NCBI GenBank assembly: GCA_963752285.1
Contig: CAVVXN010000005.1
Coordinates: 2,016,001-2,080,000 of the forward strand
Source: an uncultured Planctomycetota bacterium
GTDB lineage: Bacteria > Planctomycetota > PLA2 > JAEUHO01
Length of the DNA stretch: 64,000 nucleotides
Reading direction: 5' to 3'
Position numbers and translations under genes: made by a program. Below are positions 1-9,580 of this stretch, one piece after another. Position 1 is the first letter of the stretch, and the number at the start of each line of letters is the position of its first letter. The notes below the pieces were generated by a model. It ran no database searches. It was not told the origin of the DNA and was given only the letters and a program-made list of their open reading frames with translations.

Positions 1-2
1 AC

Positions 3-473
3 TGCCGGAACCTCTCCCGGAACGTCGCGAGCCTCCTCGCCAGATCCGACGGGGTCCTCGCCCGTTGGCCGGCGACGCTCCTGCACGGCGACCTCCACCT
101 CGACAACGTGCTGTTCCTGCCCGGAGGGGAACCCGTCGTCCTCGACTGGGCACGGGTGAGGCGAGGCCCGTGCGTGCTCGACCTCGCCGCGGTCCTCTTC
201 GACCCGGCGCCCCTCGGGGCGATCGCCGAGCTCACCGAGCACTACCGGGTGCGACTGGCCGCGGAGGGGGGGCCGACGCTCGCCGCCGGGGATCTCGCCG
301 AGGGGTTGACCGCCGCGCTCGAGCGCCGGTTCGTCGACTGCACCCTCGGGATCGTGCGCTGGCTGCCGTCCACGGCGCGGGAGGAGCGCCTGATCGACCG
401 CGTCCTCGAGACCGTCCAGGACGCGGTGCGCGCCTGGCGAGCGCTCCATCCCGGCCGCCTGACCGATCCCTGA
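3..473 (+). CDS. Aminoglycoside phosphotransferase/choline kinase-like phosphotransferase (5'-partial)
   Basis: Frame is open from the window edge. LLHGDLHLDNVLF (Brenner HGDxxxxN motif) is followed by VLDW; stop at 471-473. Confidence 0.8.
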   Translation, partial: CRNLSRNVASLLARSDGVLARWPATLLHGDLHLDNVLFLPGGEPVVLDWARVRRGPCVLDLAAVLFDPAPLGAIAELTEHYRVRLAAEGGPTLAAGDLAEGLTAALERRFVDCTLGIVRWLPSTAREERLIDRVLETVQDAVRAWRALHPGRLTDP

Positions 474-542
474 CCCGGCCGCCGGGAGCACGAAGGAGGA
501 CGGAGGGGGGGCGAGAGACCTCCCGCCGTAGATTGGGGCTTC

Positions 543-1749
543 GTGCGGCGGTCCACCGTGATCCTCGTCGGCCTGCTCGTCGCGTCGAACGCGGCCTGGG
601 CGGTCCACGCGCTCGTCGCGGAGCGGTCCGAACCGACCGCCGCACCCGGCGCGCGGCCGCACGAGGTCGCCGGGGCGCCCGATGTACCGACGCCTCCCGG
701 CGAGGCCGCCCACCTCGCGGGTCACCCGGCCGCCGCCGGCGCGAAGGGCGGCGAGGTCGCCACCGAAAAGACGGGCCCGACGCCCGAGGCCGAGCGGGCC
801 GCGGAGGCGACGCGCAGGAAGAAAGAGGAGGCCGAACGGGCGGAGGAGGCTCCCGTGGGCCGAAGGGCAGAAGCGCGCGCAGGGGACGACCGACGCGTGG
901 AAGGCCGACGTCCTCCAGATCCAGGATCCCGATCGCCGTGAGAAGGCGCTTCGGGAGATCGATGCCGGGATCCGCGACCGCGACCCCGCCCTCGCGGCGG
1001 TGAGTCTGCGTCTCCTCTACGCGATTCGCGATGTGTCCTACGACCACGGCCGGTTCAAGGACGCGGTTCGTTCCCGCCTGGACGACGACGATCCCCGCGT
1101 CCGGAGCGCCGCCCTCGGAGCGATGCTCCAGGTCGATCCGACGCCGGCCGACGTGGACGAGTCCCTGCGCGTCCTCGCCAGGCATCCGGAGGACACGAGC
1201 GGGTTGATCACCGTGGCGTGGATGTCGAAGGGGCGCGTGGAGGGCGAGCTGGCCGACCTCTACGTGCAGGCTCTCGCCCACTTTGACGGTCGGGATGCGC
1301 TGAACGTCGCGAACCAGCTCCGCGGCCTGTGGGTCACGGCGGAGGTCGAGAACGCCGTCCTCGACGCCCGGCGCCGGTCCGAGGGGGGCGGACTCTGGCC
1401 GTACGTCCTGGGTCAGATGCGCCCGACGCGCGCGCCCCGCGTGCGCGCCATCTTCGAGGCGCTGAAGAAGGAGGGTCCGAACGGGAGCGACGGGCAGCTC
1501 CTGGAGCGGGCCCTCGGCGAGCGGGAGCTCGACCCCGAGGCCGCGCCGGTCGCCGCGTCCCTCGCCGCCGAGCTCCTCCCCTCGGCGCCGAGCTCCTCCG
1601 TGCGGCAGATGTGTCTCCGGGTGCTCCAGAGCGTCGGGACGAGCGTCCAGTACGACGCCGTCCACGCCTTCGCGACGAACCCGATGGTGGCCGACGACCT
1701 CCGTGCGCAGGCGGGAAGGGTGGCGGACACGCTCGCGCGCCGCCGCTGA
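543..1749 (+). CDS. Secreted or membrane-anchored HEAT-repeat-like protein, frameshifted near 850
   Basis: Signal-like N-terminus (MRRSTVILVGLLVASNAAWA) in ORF 543-941 joins a helical HEAT-like body (LDDDDPRVRSAALGAM) in ORF 682-1749 if one base is removed near gctcccgtgg (849-858). Confidence 0.6.
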
Positions 1750-1758
1750 CTTCGATCG

Positions 1759-3684
1759 CTACTCCCCTTCCTCGATCTTCTCCTCGAGGAACTCCCCGGC
1801 GACGGGCAGGAGGCTCCGGGAACTCAGCATCCCGAGCAGGTGGCCGTCCTTCACGACCGGGAGGCTGCCGAAGCCCTGCGTGCGGATCCGGGCGATCGCC
1901 TCGAGCGTCGAGGTCTCGGGCTCGACGGTCACGAGGTCGCGGCGCATCACGTCGCGCACCGCGAGCGGCACGCCCTCCTTCGGCGGGCGCACCTCGCCGG
2001 TCAGCGTCCGCAGCAGCGCGCGGTACGAGACGAGCCCCACGAGGCGGCCCTCGTCGTCCTCCACGGGCACGTGGCGGATCTTCTCCCAGAGCATCAGGCT
2101 CGCGACGAGGTCGAGCGCGTCCGTCTCGCGCACGGTCACGAAGTCGGTGGACATGAGCTGCTCGACCTTCAGGTAGTTGCTCTTCCAGCCCCCGCCCTCG
2201 ACCAGACGGGCCAGGCTCCACTCCGCGACCGGGCTCCCCTCCCACTGGCGCGCGACCAGGCCCGCGGTGAGCGCGTTCAGCCGTTCGCCCTCCGCGCCGT
2301 GCTCCCCCATGCCGGAGAGCGAACGGAGCATCCAGGACGCGCCCGTCGTCTGGCGAGCGAGTCGCTCCTCGATCACGCCGAGGTAGGTGTCGGCGTCGCC
2401 GTCGTCCACGCCGCCGAGGCGCAGGCCCTCCCGCGCCTGCGGGAGCAGGTGCTCCCGGAGCAGGGTCTGCGCCGGGAGCGCGCGGCCGTCGAGCCACATG
2501 ATCTCGGCGCCCAGACCGAGGCGCGCGGCGGAGATGAAGTTGCTCTTCGCGTCGTCGAAGGCGATGTGCTTGGTGATGTCGGGGTGCTCGTCTACCAGCG
2601 CCGACATGAGCCCGAGCCAGAACGCCGCGTTCGCGATCTCGTCGCGCGGCGTCGGGCCCGACGGCAGCACGCGGTTCTCGATCCGGAGATGCGGCTTCCC
2701 GTCGAGCACGCCGTAGCAGGCGCGGTTCCAGCGGTAGATCGTCCCGTTGTGGAGCCGGAGCGCCTTCAGGGCCGGGACGCCGCCGCGGTCGAGCACCTCG
2801 TTCGGATCCTCCTCGGGCTCGCTGGCGATCAAGATGCGGTGACGCGAGATGTCCTCGCGGTAGATCTCGGCGACCGACTCCCGGACCCAGCCGCGCCCGA
2901 AGTCCACGCGGGGGCTCTGCTGGCGGGTGGAGAGCCCGCTGCTTCGCATGTCCACCGACTGCTGGAAGAGGGCGATCCGCGTCTCGCGCCAGAGCCGCCG
3001 CCCGAAGAGGAGGGGCGAGTTCGTCCCGACGGCGAGCACCGGTGCGGCCGCGACCTGCGCGATGTTGTAGAAGCGCGGGAACTCCTGGGGCGCGACCTGG
3101 AAGTGGACCTGGAAGCTCGCGTTGCAGCTCTCCACCATCACCGAGTCGTGGCGGAGGAGCACCTCGTCCACACCCTTGATGTGGATCTCGTAGTCGCGAC
3201 CTCGAAGCCTCGTCATGGCCTCGTTGAGCGCGCGGTACCGAGGCATCGGCGTCATGCTCTCGAGGCTCAGGTCCGACTTGCGGATCGTGGGGAGGATCCC
3301 CGTGAGCGCGAGGTCCACGCCGAGGTCGCGCGCCGCGGCCCGCCCGCGGTCGAGGAGGCTCACGAGCTGCGCCTCGAGGTGCGAGAGGCAGTTCCCGCCC
3401 CAGAGCACGGGGTCGAGGTTCATCTCGAGGTTGAAGAGGCCGACCTCGGTCGTGAAGTGCGGGTCGTCCACCTTCTCGAGGACGCGGAGCGCCGCCATCG
3501 CGGGCCGCCAGTCCTCGTCGATCAGGAAGGCCTCCTGCTCGGCGCCGATGCGACGCACGCCGGTCTCGAAGCGGCCCTCGGCGATCATCCGCTCGAGCGC
3601 CTGGAGGTCGCGCAGCAGCCGGCGCGTGAACGCGCGGAGCTCGCTGCCCTCGTCCTCGAGATGAGAGACCTGGGATTCGCCCAT
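1759..3684 (-). CDS. Glutamate-cysteine ligase (GCS2/YbdK-like carboxylate-amine ligase) fused to a C-terminal CBS pair
   Basis: IGAEQE, FTTEV..FNLE, SFQVH, NSPLLFG and LRIENRVL motifs; C-terminal CBS repeats (KIRHVPVED..GRLVGLVS; FGSLPVVKDGHLLGML). Confidence 0.85.
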   Translation of the reverse strand: MGESQVSHLEDEGSELRAFTRRLLRDLQALERMIAEGRFETGVRRIGAEQEAFLIDEDWRPAMAALRVLEKVDDPHFTTEVGLFNLEMNLDPVLWGGNCLSHLEAQLVSLLDRGRAAARDLGVDLALTGILPTIRKSDLSLESMTPMPRYRALNEAMTRLRGRDYEIHIKGVDEVLLRHDSVMVESCNASFQVHFQVAPQEFPRFYNIAQVAAAPVLAVGTNSPLLFGRRLWRETRIALFQQSVDMRSSGLSTRQQSPRVDFGRGWVRESVAEIYREDISRHRILIASEPEEDPNEVLDRGGVPALKALRLHNGTIYRWNRACYGVLDGKPHLRIENRVLPSGPTPRDEIANAAFWLGLMSALVDEHPDITKHIAFDDAKSNFISAARLGLGAEIMWLDGRALPAQTLLREHLLPQAREGLRLGGVDDGDADTYLGVIEERLARQTTGASWMLRSLSGMGEHGAEGERLNALTAGLVARQWEGSPVAEWSLARLVEGGGWKSNYLKVEQLMSTDFVTVRETDALDLVASLMLWEKIRHVPVEDDEGRLVGLVSYRALLRTLTGEVRPPKEGVPLAVRDVMRRDLVTVEPETSTLEAIARIRTQGFGSLPVVKDGHLLGMLSSRSLLPVAGEFLEEKIEEGE

Positions 3685-3735
3685 GTGCGCGGGGATCCTA
3701 GCAGGGGAGAACCGAGCTCGGGTAGCGCCAGGGTG

Positions 3736-4953
3736 TCAGCCGGCGAGGAGGTGAAGGTCCGTGCCGACCCGGTCGGCCAGGCGGATGGTGGTCTCGAGGT
3801 CGGGGTGGCGCACGATCAGCCAGCCGTCGGAGAGGAGGGTCTGCTTCCAGTTGCGCCGCGGCGCGCCGACGGGAAGGAGGTCCATGGCGACCAGCGCGTC
3901 GCCGAGGTCGTGCCGGAGGCGGTCCAGGCCCTCGATCCGGAGGATCCGCCCCTGGCCCCGGGCGCGCTTCACCACGATCGCCGCGTTGTACGGACGCGTG
4001 ACGGGACGCTCGAGGCGCCCCGTGAGGACCGCCTCGGCCCACGCCGCGTACACGTCGTAGTCGGCCGCGTAGTTCATGATGTCGGTGCTCCGCGCGCCGG
4101 CCGGTCGGGCCCCGATCTCGCCGAACACCGCCTCGCCCTCGGGCGTGAGGAACCACTCCATGTGCGTGAAGCCGTCCGGGAAGCCGAGCGCCTGGAGCAC
4201 CGCCCGTCCCATCTCGACGCCGCCGGCGAGGCGCGGAGCGTCGACGTCGCGGAGCGCGATGGTCTGCGCCGAGATCCACTCGTTCGTGCGCGCGACCAGC
4301 GGCCGCGGCCGGTACCAGGAGACGTTCGAGAAGCCGATCCGCCCCCCGGCCGAGATCGCGTCGAAGGTGTACTCCTCCCCTTCCACGAACTCCTCGACGC
4401 TCACCTCCTCGACGTGACCCATCCTCTCGAGGACGGTGTCGAGCGCCTCGGCGTCGCCGACTCGGTGCGTGTCGGCCGAGCCCGCGCCGGCGATCGGCTT
4501 GACGATGAGGGGGTAGCCGATCTCCTCGGCCGCCTCGCGAACCTCTCGGACGGTGGTCGCGCGCCGGTGGCGCGGCGTGCGTACGCCGGCGTCGTCCAGG
4601 ACGCGCTTCATGGCCTCCTTGTCCCGGAAGGGGAGCGCGCCCGCGAGGTCGAGACCGGGCACGCCGAGCGCCTCCCGGACACGCGCGGCGAGGAGCACCC
4701 CGGGCTCCCAGAGGCACTCGACCCGGTCCACGCCCCGCGCGGCGGGCCACCTGCCAACCTCCTCCACGACCGCGGCCTCGTCGAAGAGGCTTGGCACGGG
4801 GAGCCACGCGGCGAGCGCCTCGCGGGCGGCGGGCGCGAGGCCCGCGGGGGAGCCCTCCCCCACCCCGAGCACCGCGGCGCCCCGCCGGGCGAGCGCGCGC
4901 GTGAAGTAGCCGAGCTCGAACGGGTATCCGGGACTCAGGACGAGGACCTTCAC
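3736..4953 (-). CDS. ATP-grasp domain protein (L-amino-acid-ligase/carboxylase-like), paralog A
   Basis: FRDKEAMK, GYPLIVKP, EEFVEGEE, THMEWF and EIGARP motifs; 405 aa. Confidence 0.85.
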   Translation of the reverse strand: MKVLVLSPGYPFELGYFTRALARRGAAVLGVGEGSPAGLAPAAREALAAWLPVPSLFDEAAVVEEVGRWPAARGVDRVECLWEPGVLLAARVREALGVPGLDLAGALPFRDKEAMKRVLDDAGVRTPRHRRATTVREVREAAEEIGYPLIVKPIAGAGSADTHRVGDAEALDTVLERMGHVEEVSVEEFVEGEEYTFDAISAGGRIGFSNVSWYRPRPLVARTNEWISAQTIALRDVDAPRLAGGVEMGRAVLQALGFPDGFTHMEWFLTPEGEAVFGEIGARPAGARSTDIMNYAADYDVYAAWAEAVLTGRLERPVTRPYNAAIVVKRARGQGRILRIEGLDRLRHDLGDALVAMDLLPVGAPRRNWKQTLLSDGWLIVRHPDLETTIRLADRVGTDLHLLAG

Positions 4954-5000
4954 GGCCGCGCGCCTCCCACGCGGCGCAGATCATCCCAAACTCGATTGCG

Positions 5001-6221
5001 CTACGCGAGGTCCACCCTCACGAGGGAGACGAGGCGACGGAGAGCCTCCTCGACCACGGCCGTCTCCTCGTGGCGGACGATCACGTACCCCTCGCCCTCG
5101 TACGACCCGGTCGGGGTCTCGCCCCTCCCGGGGAGGCGGGCCTCCACCACGAGGGCGCCGAGCTCCCGCTCCGCCTCCTCGAGGCCCCGGATCGCCGCGA
5201 CCCGGCCCGCGCCCTGGCCGCGGAGGTACGCGGCGCCGGCGGCGTAGCGCCGCGCGGGCGCCTCGAACGTCTTGAACACGACCACGCGGGCCCAGGCGCG
5301 GTAGAAGTCGAAGTCGTTCGCGTAGGAGATGAGCGTCGAGAACTGGGCCCCCGGCGGACGGGCGGCGACCTCGCTCACGGCGACGCTCCCGTCGGGGCGG
5401 CGGAACCACTCCAGGTGCGTGACGCCCGTCTCCATGCCGAGGACGTCGAGCGCCGCGAAGGCGACCCGACGGATGTCGTCGTACCGAGGGTCGTCCACCT
5501 CGCGCGGGACCACGACGACCCACTGGATCCACGGGTTCTGGAGCACCACGAGCGGCGACGGGTGATACCGGCTGATCGAGTGCCACACGGGCCGGCCGTC
5601 GATCGACACCGTGTCGAAGGAGTGCTCCTCGCCCTCGACGAACTCCTCGAGGAGGACCTCGCGTCCCGGGGCGGCGGGGTGCGCCGCGAGGGCGCGGCGG
5701 AGCCCGTCCGCGTCATCGACCCGGAACGTGGCGCGCGCGCCCGCGCCCGCCGGCGGCTTCACGACGAGCGGGAAGCCCACCTCGGAGGCGACGCAAAGCG
5801 CCTCGTCGGCGGACGCGGCGAGCCCGTGTCGCGCGCAGGGGATCCCGGCGGCGCGAAGCGCGGACTTCATGAGCGCCTTGTCGCGAAAACGCGTCGCCGC
5901 CTCGACCCGGAGGCCCGGAAGGCCCAGCGACTCGCGGGTCCGCGCGAGCGGCACCTGGAGCTGCTCGAGCGTCCCCACCAGGCAGGTGACGGGCCCGACC
6001 CGGGCGGCGAGGCGCTCCGTCGCTCCGGCGATCGCCCCCGGGTCGAGCACGTCGTCGAGCCGTTCGTGCCCGTCGAGCCGGGCGCGGAGCGCGGCGGGGA
6101 TCCGCTCCAACGGATCCTGCGTCACGAGCGAGAGCCGGCATCCCTCGAGCGCCGCGACGGCGTCCACGAAGCGGCGGGTGGCGTCCATCAGGAACGGCGC
6201 GACGAAGACGACGTGGGTCAT
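5001..6221 (-). CDS. ATP-grasp domain protein, paralog B
   Basis: Start MTHVVFVAP (ATG 6219-6221); FRDKALMK, GFPLVVKP, EEFVEGEE, THLEWF and EVAARPPG motifs. Confidence 0.85.
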   Translation of the reverse strand: MTHVVFVAPFLMDATRRFVDAVAALEGCRLSLVTQDPLERIPAALRARLDGHERLDDVLDPGAIAGATERLAARVGPVTCLVGTLEQLQVPLARTRESLGLPGLRVEAATRFRDKALMKSALRAAGIPCARHGLAASADEALCVASEVGFPLVVKPPAGAGARATFRVDDADGLRRALAAHPAAPGREVLLEEFVEGEEHSFDTVSIDGRPVWHSISRYHPSPLVVLQNPWIQWVVVVPREVDDPRYDDIRRVAFAALDVLGMETGVTHLEWFRRPDGSVAVSEVAARPPGAQFSTLISYANDFDFYRAWARVVVFKTFEAPARRYAAGAAYLRGQGAGRVAAIRGLEEAERELGALVVEARLPGRGETPTGSYEGEGYVIVRHEETAVVEEALRRLVSLVRVDLA

Positions 6222-6234
6222 GGGTCCCCGCCCG

Positions 6235-6263
6235 TTGATGCCGAGGGCGCTCAAGAGTACCTT
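6235..6263 (+). promoter_or_regulatory. Putative sigma-70 promoter for glgC-glgA
   Basis: TTGATG-N17-TACCTT in the short divergent intergenic region between ATP-grasp B and glgC. Confidence 0.4.
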
Positions 6264-6327
6264 CCCGTCCGATTCGGCGCCGCAGAGAGCGGAGCCGGCC
6301 ACGCCGAGGGAGGGAAGCTGGCGCCGG

Positions 6328-7587
6328 ATGAAGGACGTCGTCACCGCGATCCTCGGCGGGGGGCAGGGCGCGCGCCTCTGGCCCCTGACCCGCCACCGGG
6401 CCAAGCCGGCGGTGCCCGTCGGCGGCAAGTTCCGCCTGATCGACGTCCCGATCTCGAACAGTCTCCACGCCGGCGCGAACCGGATCTACGTGCTGACGCA
6501 GTTCAACAGCGCGAGCCTCCACCGGCACATCGCCCAGTCGTACCGGTTCGACATGTTCTCGGGCGGGTTCGTGGACCTCCTGGCGGCGGAGCAGGGGCTC
6601 GGGGACCGGACCTGGTACCAGGGCACGGCGGACGCGATCCGCCAGAACCTGGGTCGTCTCACGAGCGAGACCACGCGCGACGTCCTCGTCCTGTCCGGGG
6701 ACCACCTCTACCTGATGGACCTCGCGGCGTTCGTCCGGCGTCACCGGGAGTGCGAGGCCGACATCACGATCGCCGTGTCGCCGGTCCCGCGCGCCGAGGC
6801 CCACGCCTTCGGGATCATGCAGCTCGACGCGCGCGGGCGGATCGTCGAGTTCGTGGAGAAGCCGAAGGAGGAGTCGGCGAAGGAGGCGCTCGTACCCGCC
6901 CCGGCGACGCGGGAGGCGCTCGGCGGGGCCGTCCCGCCCGACCACCTGTTGGCGAGCATGGGCATCTACCTGTTCCGGCGCGAGGTGCTCGAGCAGCTGC
7001 TCACGGGAACGGACGGCGCCGACTTCGGCCATCACGTCATCCCCGCCGCCATCGGGTGCCGCGCGGTCTACGCGTTCGCCCACCCCGGCTACTGGCGAGA
7101 CATCGGGACGATCTCCGCGTTCTACGAGGCGAGCCTCGACCTCACGCGCCCCCTGCCGCCCCTGAACCTCTACAGCGCCGAGCGGCCGATCTTCACGCAC
7201 TCGCGGTTCCTGCCGGGCACCAAGATCAACCGGTGCCAGGTCGAGCAGTCGATCCTCTGCGAGGGGAGCATCCTCACGGCGAGCCTGGTGCGGCGCTCGA
7301 TCGTCGGGATCCGGGCGATCGTGCGGGAGGACACCGAGATCGAGTCGAGCATCGTGATGGGAGCCCACGCGTACTCGGCCGAACAGCCGGGGACGCCGCC
7401 CCTGGGGATCGGCCGAGGCTGCACCATCCGGAAGGCGATCGTGGACCTCGGCGCGTACGTGGGCGACGGGTCCCGCCTCGTGAACACGCGGGGCGTGGAG
7501 GAGGAAGACGGCGAGAACCACTGCATCCGCGGTGGCGTCATCGTGGTCCCGCGCGGCGCACGCATCCCCGCCGGCACCGAGATCTGA
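6328..7587 (+). CDS. glgC: Glucose-1-phosphate adenylyltransferase
   Basis: ILGGGQGARLWPLT..RAKPAVP, VLTQFNSASL, WYQGTADA, LSGDHLY, FVEKP, ASMGIY and YWRDIGT motifs; C-terminal beta-helix. Confidence 0.95.
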   Translation: MKDVVTAILGGGQGARLWPLTRHRAKPAVPVGGKFRLIDVPISNSLHAGANRIYVLTQFNSASLHRHIAQSYRFDMFSGGFVDLLAAEQGLGDRTWYQGTADAIRQNLGRLTSETTRDVLVLSGDHLYLMDLAAFVRRHRECEADITIAVSPVPRAEAHAFGIMQLDARGRIVEFVEKPKEESAKEALVPAPATREALGGAVPPDHLLASMGIYLFRREVLEQLLTGTDGADFGHHVIPAAIGCRAVYAFAHPGYWRDIGTISAFYEASLDLTRPLPPLNLYSAERPIFTHSRFLPGTKINRCQVEQSILCEGSILTASLVRRSIVGIRAIVREDTEIESSIVMGAHAYSAEQPGTPPLGIGRGCTIRKAIVDLGAYVGDGSRLVNTRGVEEEDGENHCIRGGVIVVPRGARIPAGTEI

Positions 7588-7594
7588 CGTGCCG

Positions 7595-9079
7595 ATGGGC
7601 CGATCCTCCGTTCCGTTGCGCATCGGGATGGTCTCGGCCGAGATGGCGCCCCTCGCGAAGACGGGCGGCCTCGGCGACGTCGCCGCGGCCCTCGCCCGCT
7701 ACCTCCACGCCGACGGCCAGGACGTGCGGCCGTTCCTGCCGCTCTACGCGACGCTCCGCGTCGATGAGAAGGACCTGGTCCCGGTCTCGTTCCTCCAGGA
7801 CGTGCCCCTGCGGATGGGCGGTCACGCGCTCTCGTTCTCGGTCTACACGACCCCGCTCCCGGTCGGGGACGGGGGCGCCGACCGCGTGCCGGTCTACCTC
7901 GTCTCCTGCCCGCCGCTCTACGCCCGGCGCTCGTACTACCCGGAGGACGGCGACGAGCACCTCCGATTCGCGTTCCTCTCCCGCGCCGCGATCGAGTGCT
8001 GCCAGCGGATGGGGTGGGCGCCCGACGTCTTCCACGTGCACGACTGGCACGCGGCGCTCGTCCCGCTCTACCTCCGGACCGTCTACGCGTGGGACCGCCT
8101 CTTCGCGGCCACACGCACGGTCCTCACGATCCACAACCTCGCGTATCAGGGGGTGTTCGGGGCCCACGTGCTGGCGGACCTCGACCTGGGGATGCAGGCG
8201 GAGCTCTTCCACCAGGACCATCTCCGTGCGGGACGAATCGGCTTCCTCGAGACCGGGATCCTCTACGCGGACGTGATCACCACCGTGAGCGAGACGTACG
8301 CGCGCGAGGTCCAGACGCCCGAGATGGGGATGGGACTCGACGGCCTGCTCCGCGCGCGCGGCGCCGGCGTGGTCGGGATCCCGAACGGGATCGACACGCA
8401 GGAGTGGTCGCCCGAGACCGACCCGCTGATCCCCGTGCGCTACGGCGCCGACGACCTCGCCGGGAAGCGCAGGGACCGCGCGCTGCTGCTCGAGGAGATG
8501 AACCTCCTTGCGGATCCGCGTGGACCGGTGCTCGGGATCGTCTCGCGCCTCGTGTCGCAGAAGGGCTTCGAGCTGCTGTTCGACGTGCTCCCCGCGCTCC
8601 TCGCGAGCCAGGACGTCCGCGTGGCCGTGCTCGGCTCGGGCGAGTCGCGCTACGAGACGTACTTCGCGACCCTCGCCCGCGCGTTCCCCGGTCGTGCCGC
8701 GTGGCGCGGCGGGTACGACAACGCCCTCGCGCACCGGATCGAGGCCGGCGCGGACCTCTTCCTCATGCCGTCGCGCTTCGAGCCGTGCGGCCTGAACCAG
8801 ATGTACAGCCTCCGCTACGGCACCCCGCCCGTCGTGCGGAAGACGGGTGGGCTCGCGGACACCGTGGAGCACTTCGACCCGGCGACGGGACAGGGCACGG
8901 GCTTCGTCTTCGAGCACTTCACGTCGGCCGGCCTCACGTGGGCGCTCGGCCAGGCGCTCCAGGCGTGGCGCCAGCCGAAGGCGTGGCGACGCCTCGTCCG
9001 AAACGGCATGGCGAAGGACTTCTCCTGGGAGGCGCAGATCCGCCGCTACGTGGACCTCTACCGCCGTCTCTCGGGCTGA
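7595..9079 (+). CDS. glgA: Glycogen synthase (GT5)
   Basis: KTGGLGDV, HVHDWH, TIHNLAYQG, MPSRFEPCGLNQM and KTGGLADT motifs. Confidence 0.95.
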   Translation: MGRSSVPLRIGMVSAEMAPLAKTGGLGDVAAALARYLHADGQDVRPFLPLYATLRVDEKDLVPVSFLQDVPLRMGGHALSFSVYTTPLPVGDGGADRVPVYLVSCPPLYARRSYYPEDGDEHLRFAFLSRAAIECCQRMGWAPDVFHVHDWHAALVPLYLRTVYAWDRLFAATRTVLTIHNLAYQGVFGAHVLADLDLGMQAELFHQDHLRAGRIGFLETGILYADVITTVSETYAREVQTPEMGMGLDGLLRARGAGVVGIPNGIDTQEWSPETDPLIPVRYGADDLAGKRRDRALLLEEMNLLADPRGPVLGIVSRLVSQKGFELLFDVLPALLASQDVRVAVLGSGESRYETYFATLARAFPGRAAWRGGYDNALAHRIEAGADLFLMPSRFEPCGLNQMYSLRYGTPPVVRKTGGLADTVEHFDPATGQGTGFVFEHFTSAGLTWALGQALQAWRQPKAWRRLVRNGMAKDFSWEAQIRRYVDLYRRLSG

Positions 9080-9133
9080 GCCGGGTCGCGGCGAGTCGCA
9101 CCCGTCTCGGCCCGCGCGCCACGGGGAGGAGCA

Positions 9134-9435
9134 GGGAGAGCGTGAACGTCCCGTCGAGGACGAGGATCGTTCCGGGCCCGCTCCCGTCGTCGGCGGCCTG
9201 GATCGCGTCCGTGAGCTCGGCGACCGTCGCCACGGTCGCCGTCGCCCCGGTCGGGGCCACGAGGGCCTCGCGGTCGCAGGACGGCAAAGGGTCGGTGGGG
9301 ACCGGCGGATCCGAGAGGTCCTGGGACGAGGCGCCCCCGCCCCCGCACGCGGCGTGGAGGACGGGGACCGCGGGAAGCACACGGCGACGGCGCGCGACGC
9401 GCCCCGGGACCACGCGTCCCGCCCCCCATGTCCAT
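9134..9435 (-). pseudogene. Truncated lipoprotein fragment resembling the N-terminus of a beta-helix (pectate-lyase-like) protein
   Basis: Lipobox-like LHAAC-GGGG, then TVATVAELTDAIQAADDGSGPGTILVLDGTFTL; protein-like sequence then ends and the frame runs into the glgA 3' end. Confidence 0.45.
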
Positions 9436-9580
9436 CGAGTGTCGCTCACGATCACGTTCCGGGCCGCCCCGGGTTCGCGGACCCATCAGAAGTCCCGGTC
9501 GGGGCCTCTCTCGACGGCGGAGGCCGTCGCGAGCGGTGCGCCGCCGGGTCGCGCGCGCACGCCCTCGATACCCTGAGGCC

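Noticed and set aside
1759..3684. Assigning gshA
   Set aside because: The family is GCS2/YbdK-like with a CBS fusion, and the substrate cannot be inferred from sequence.
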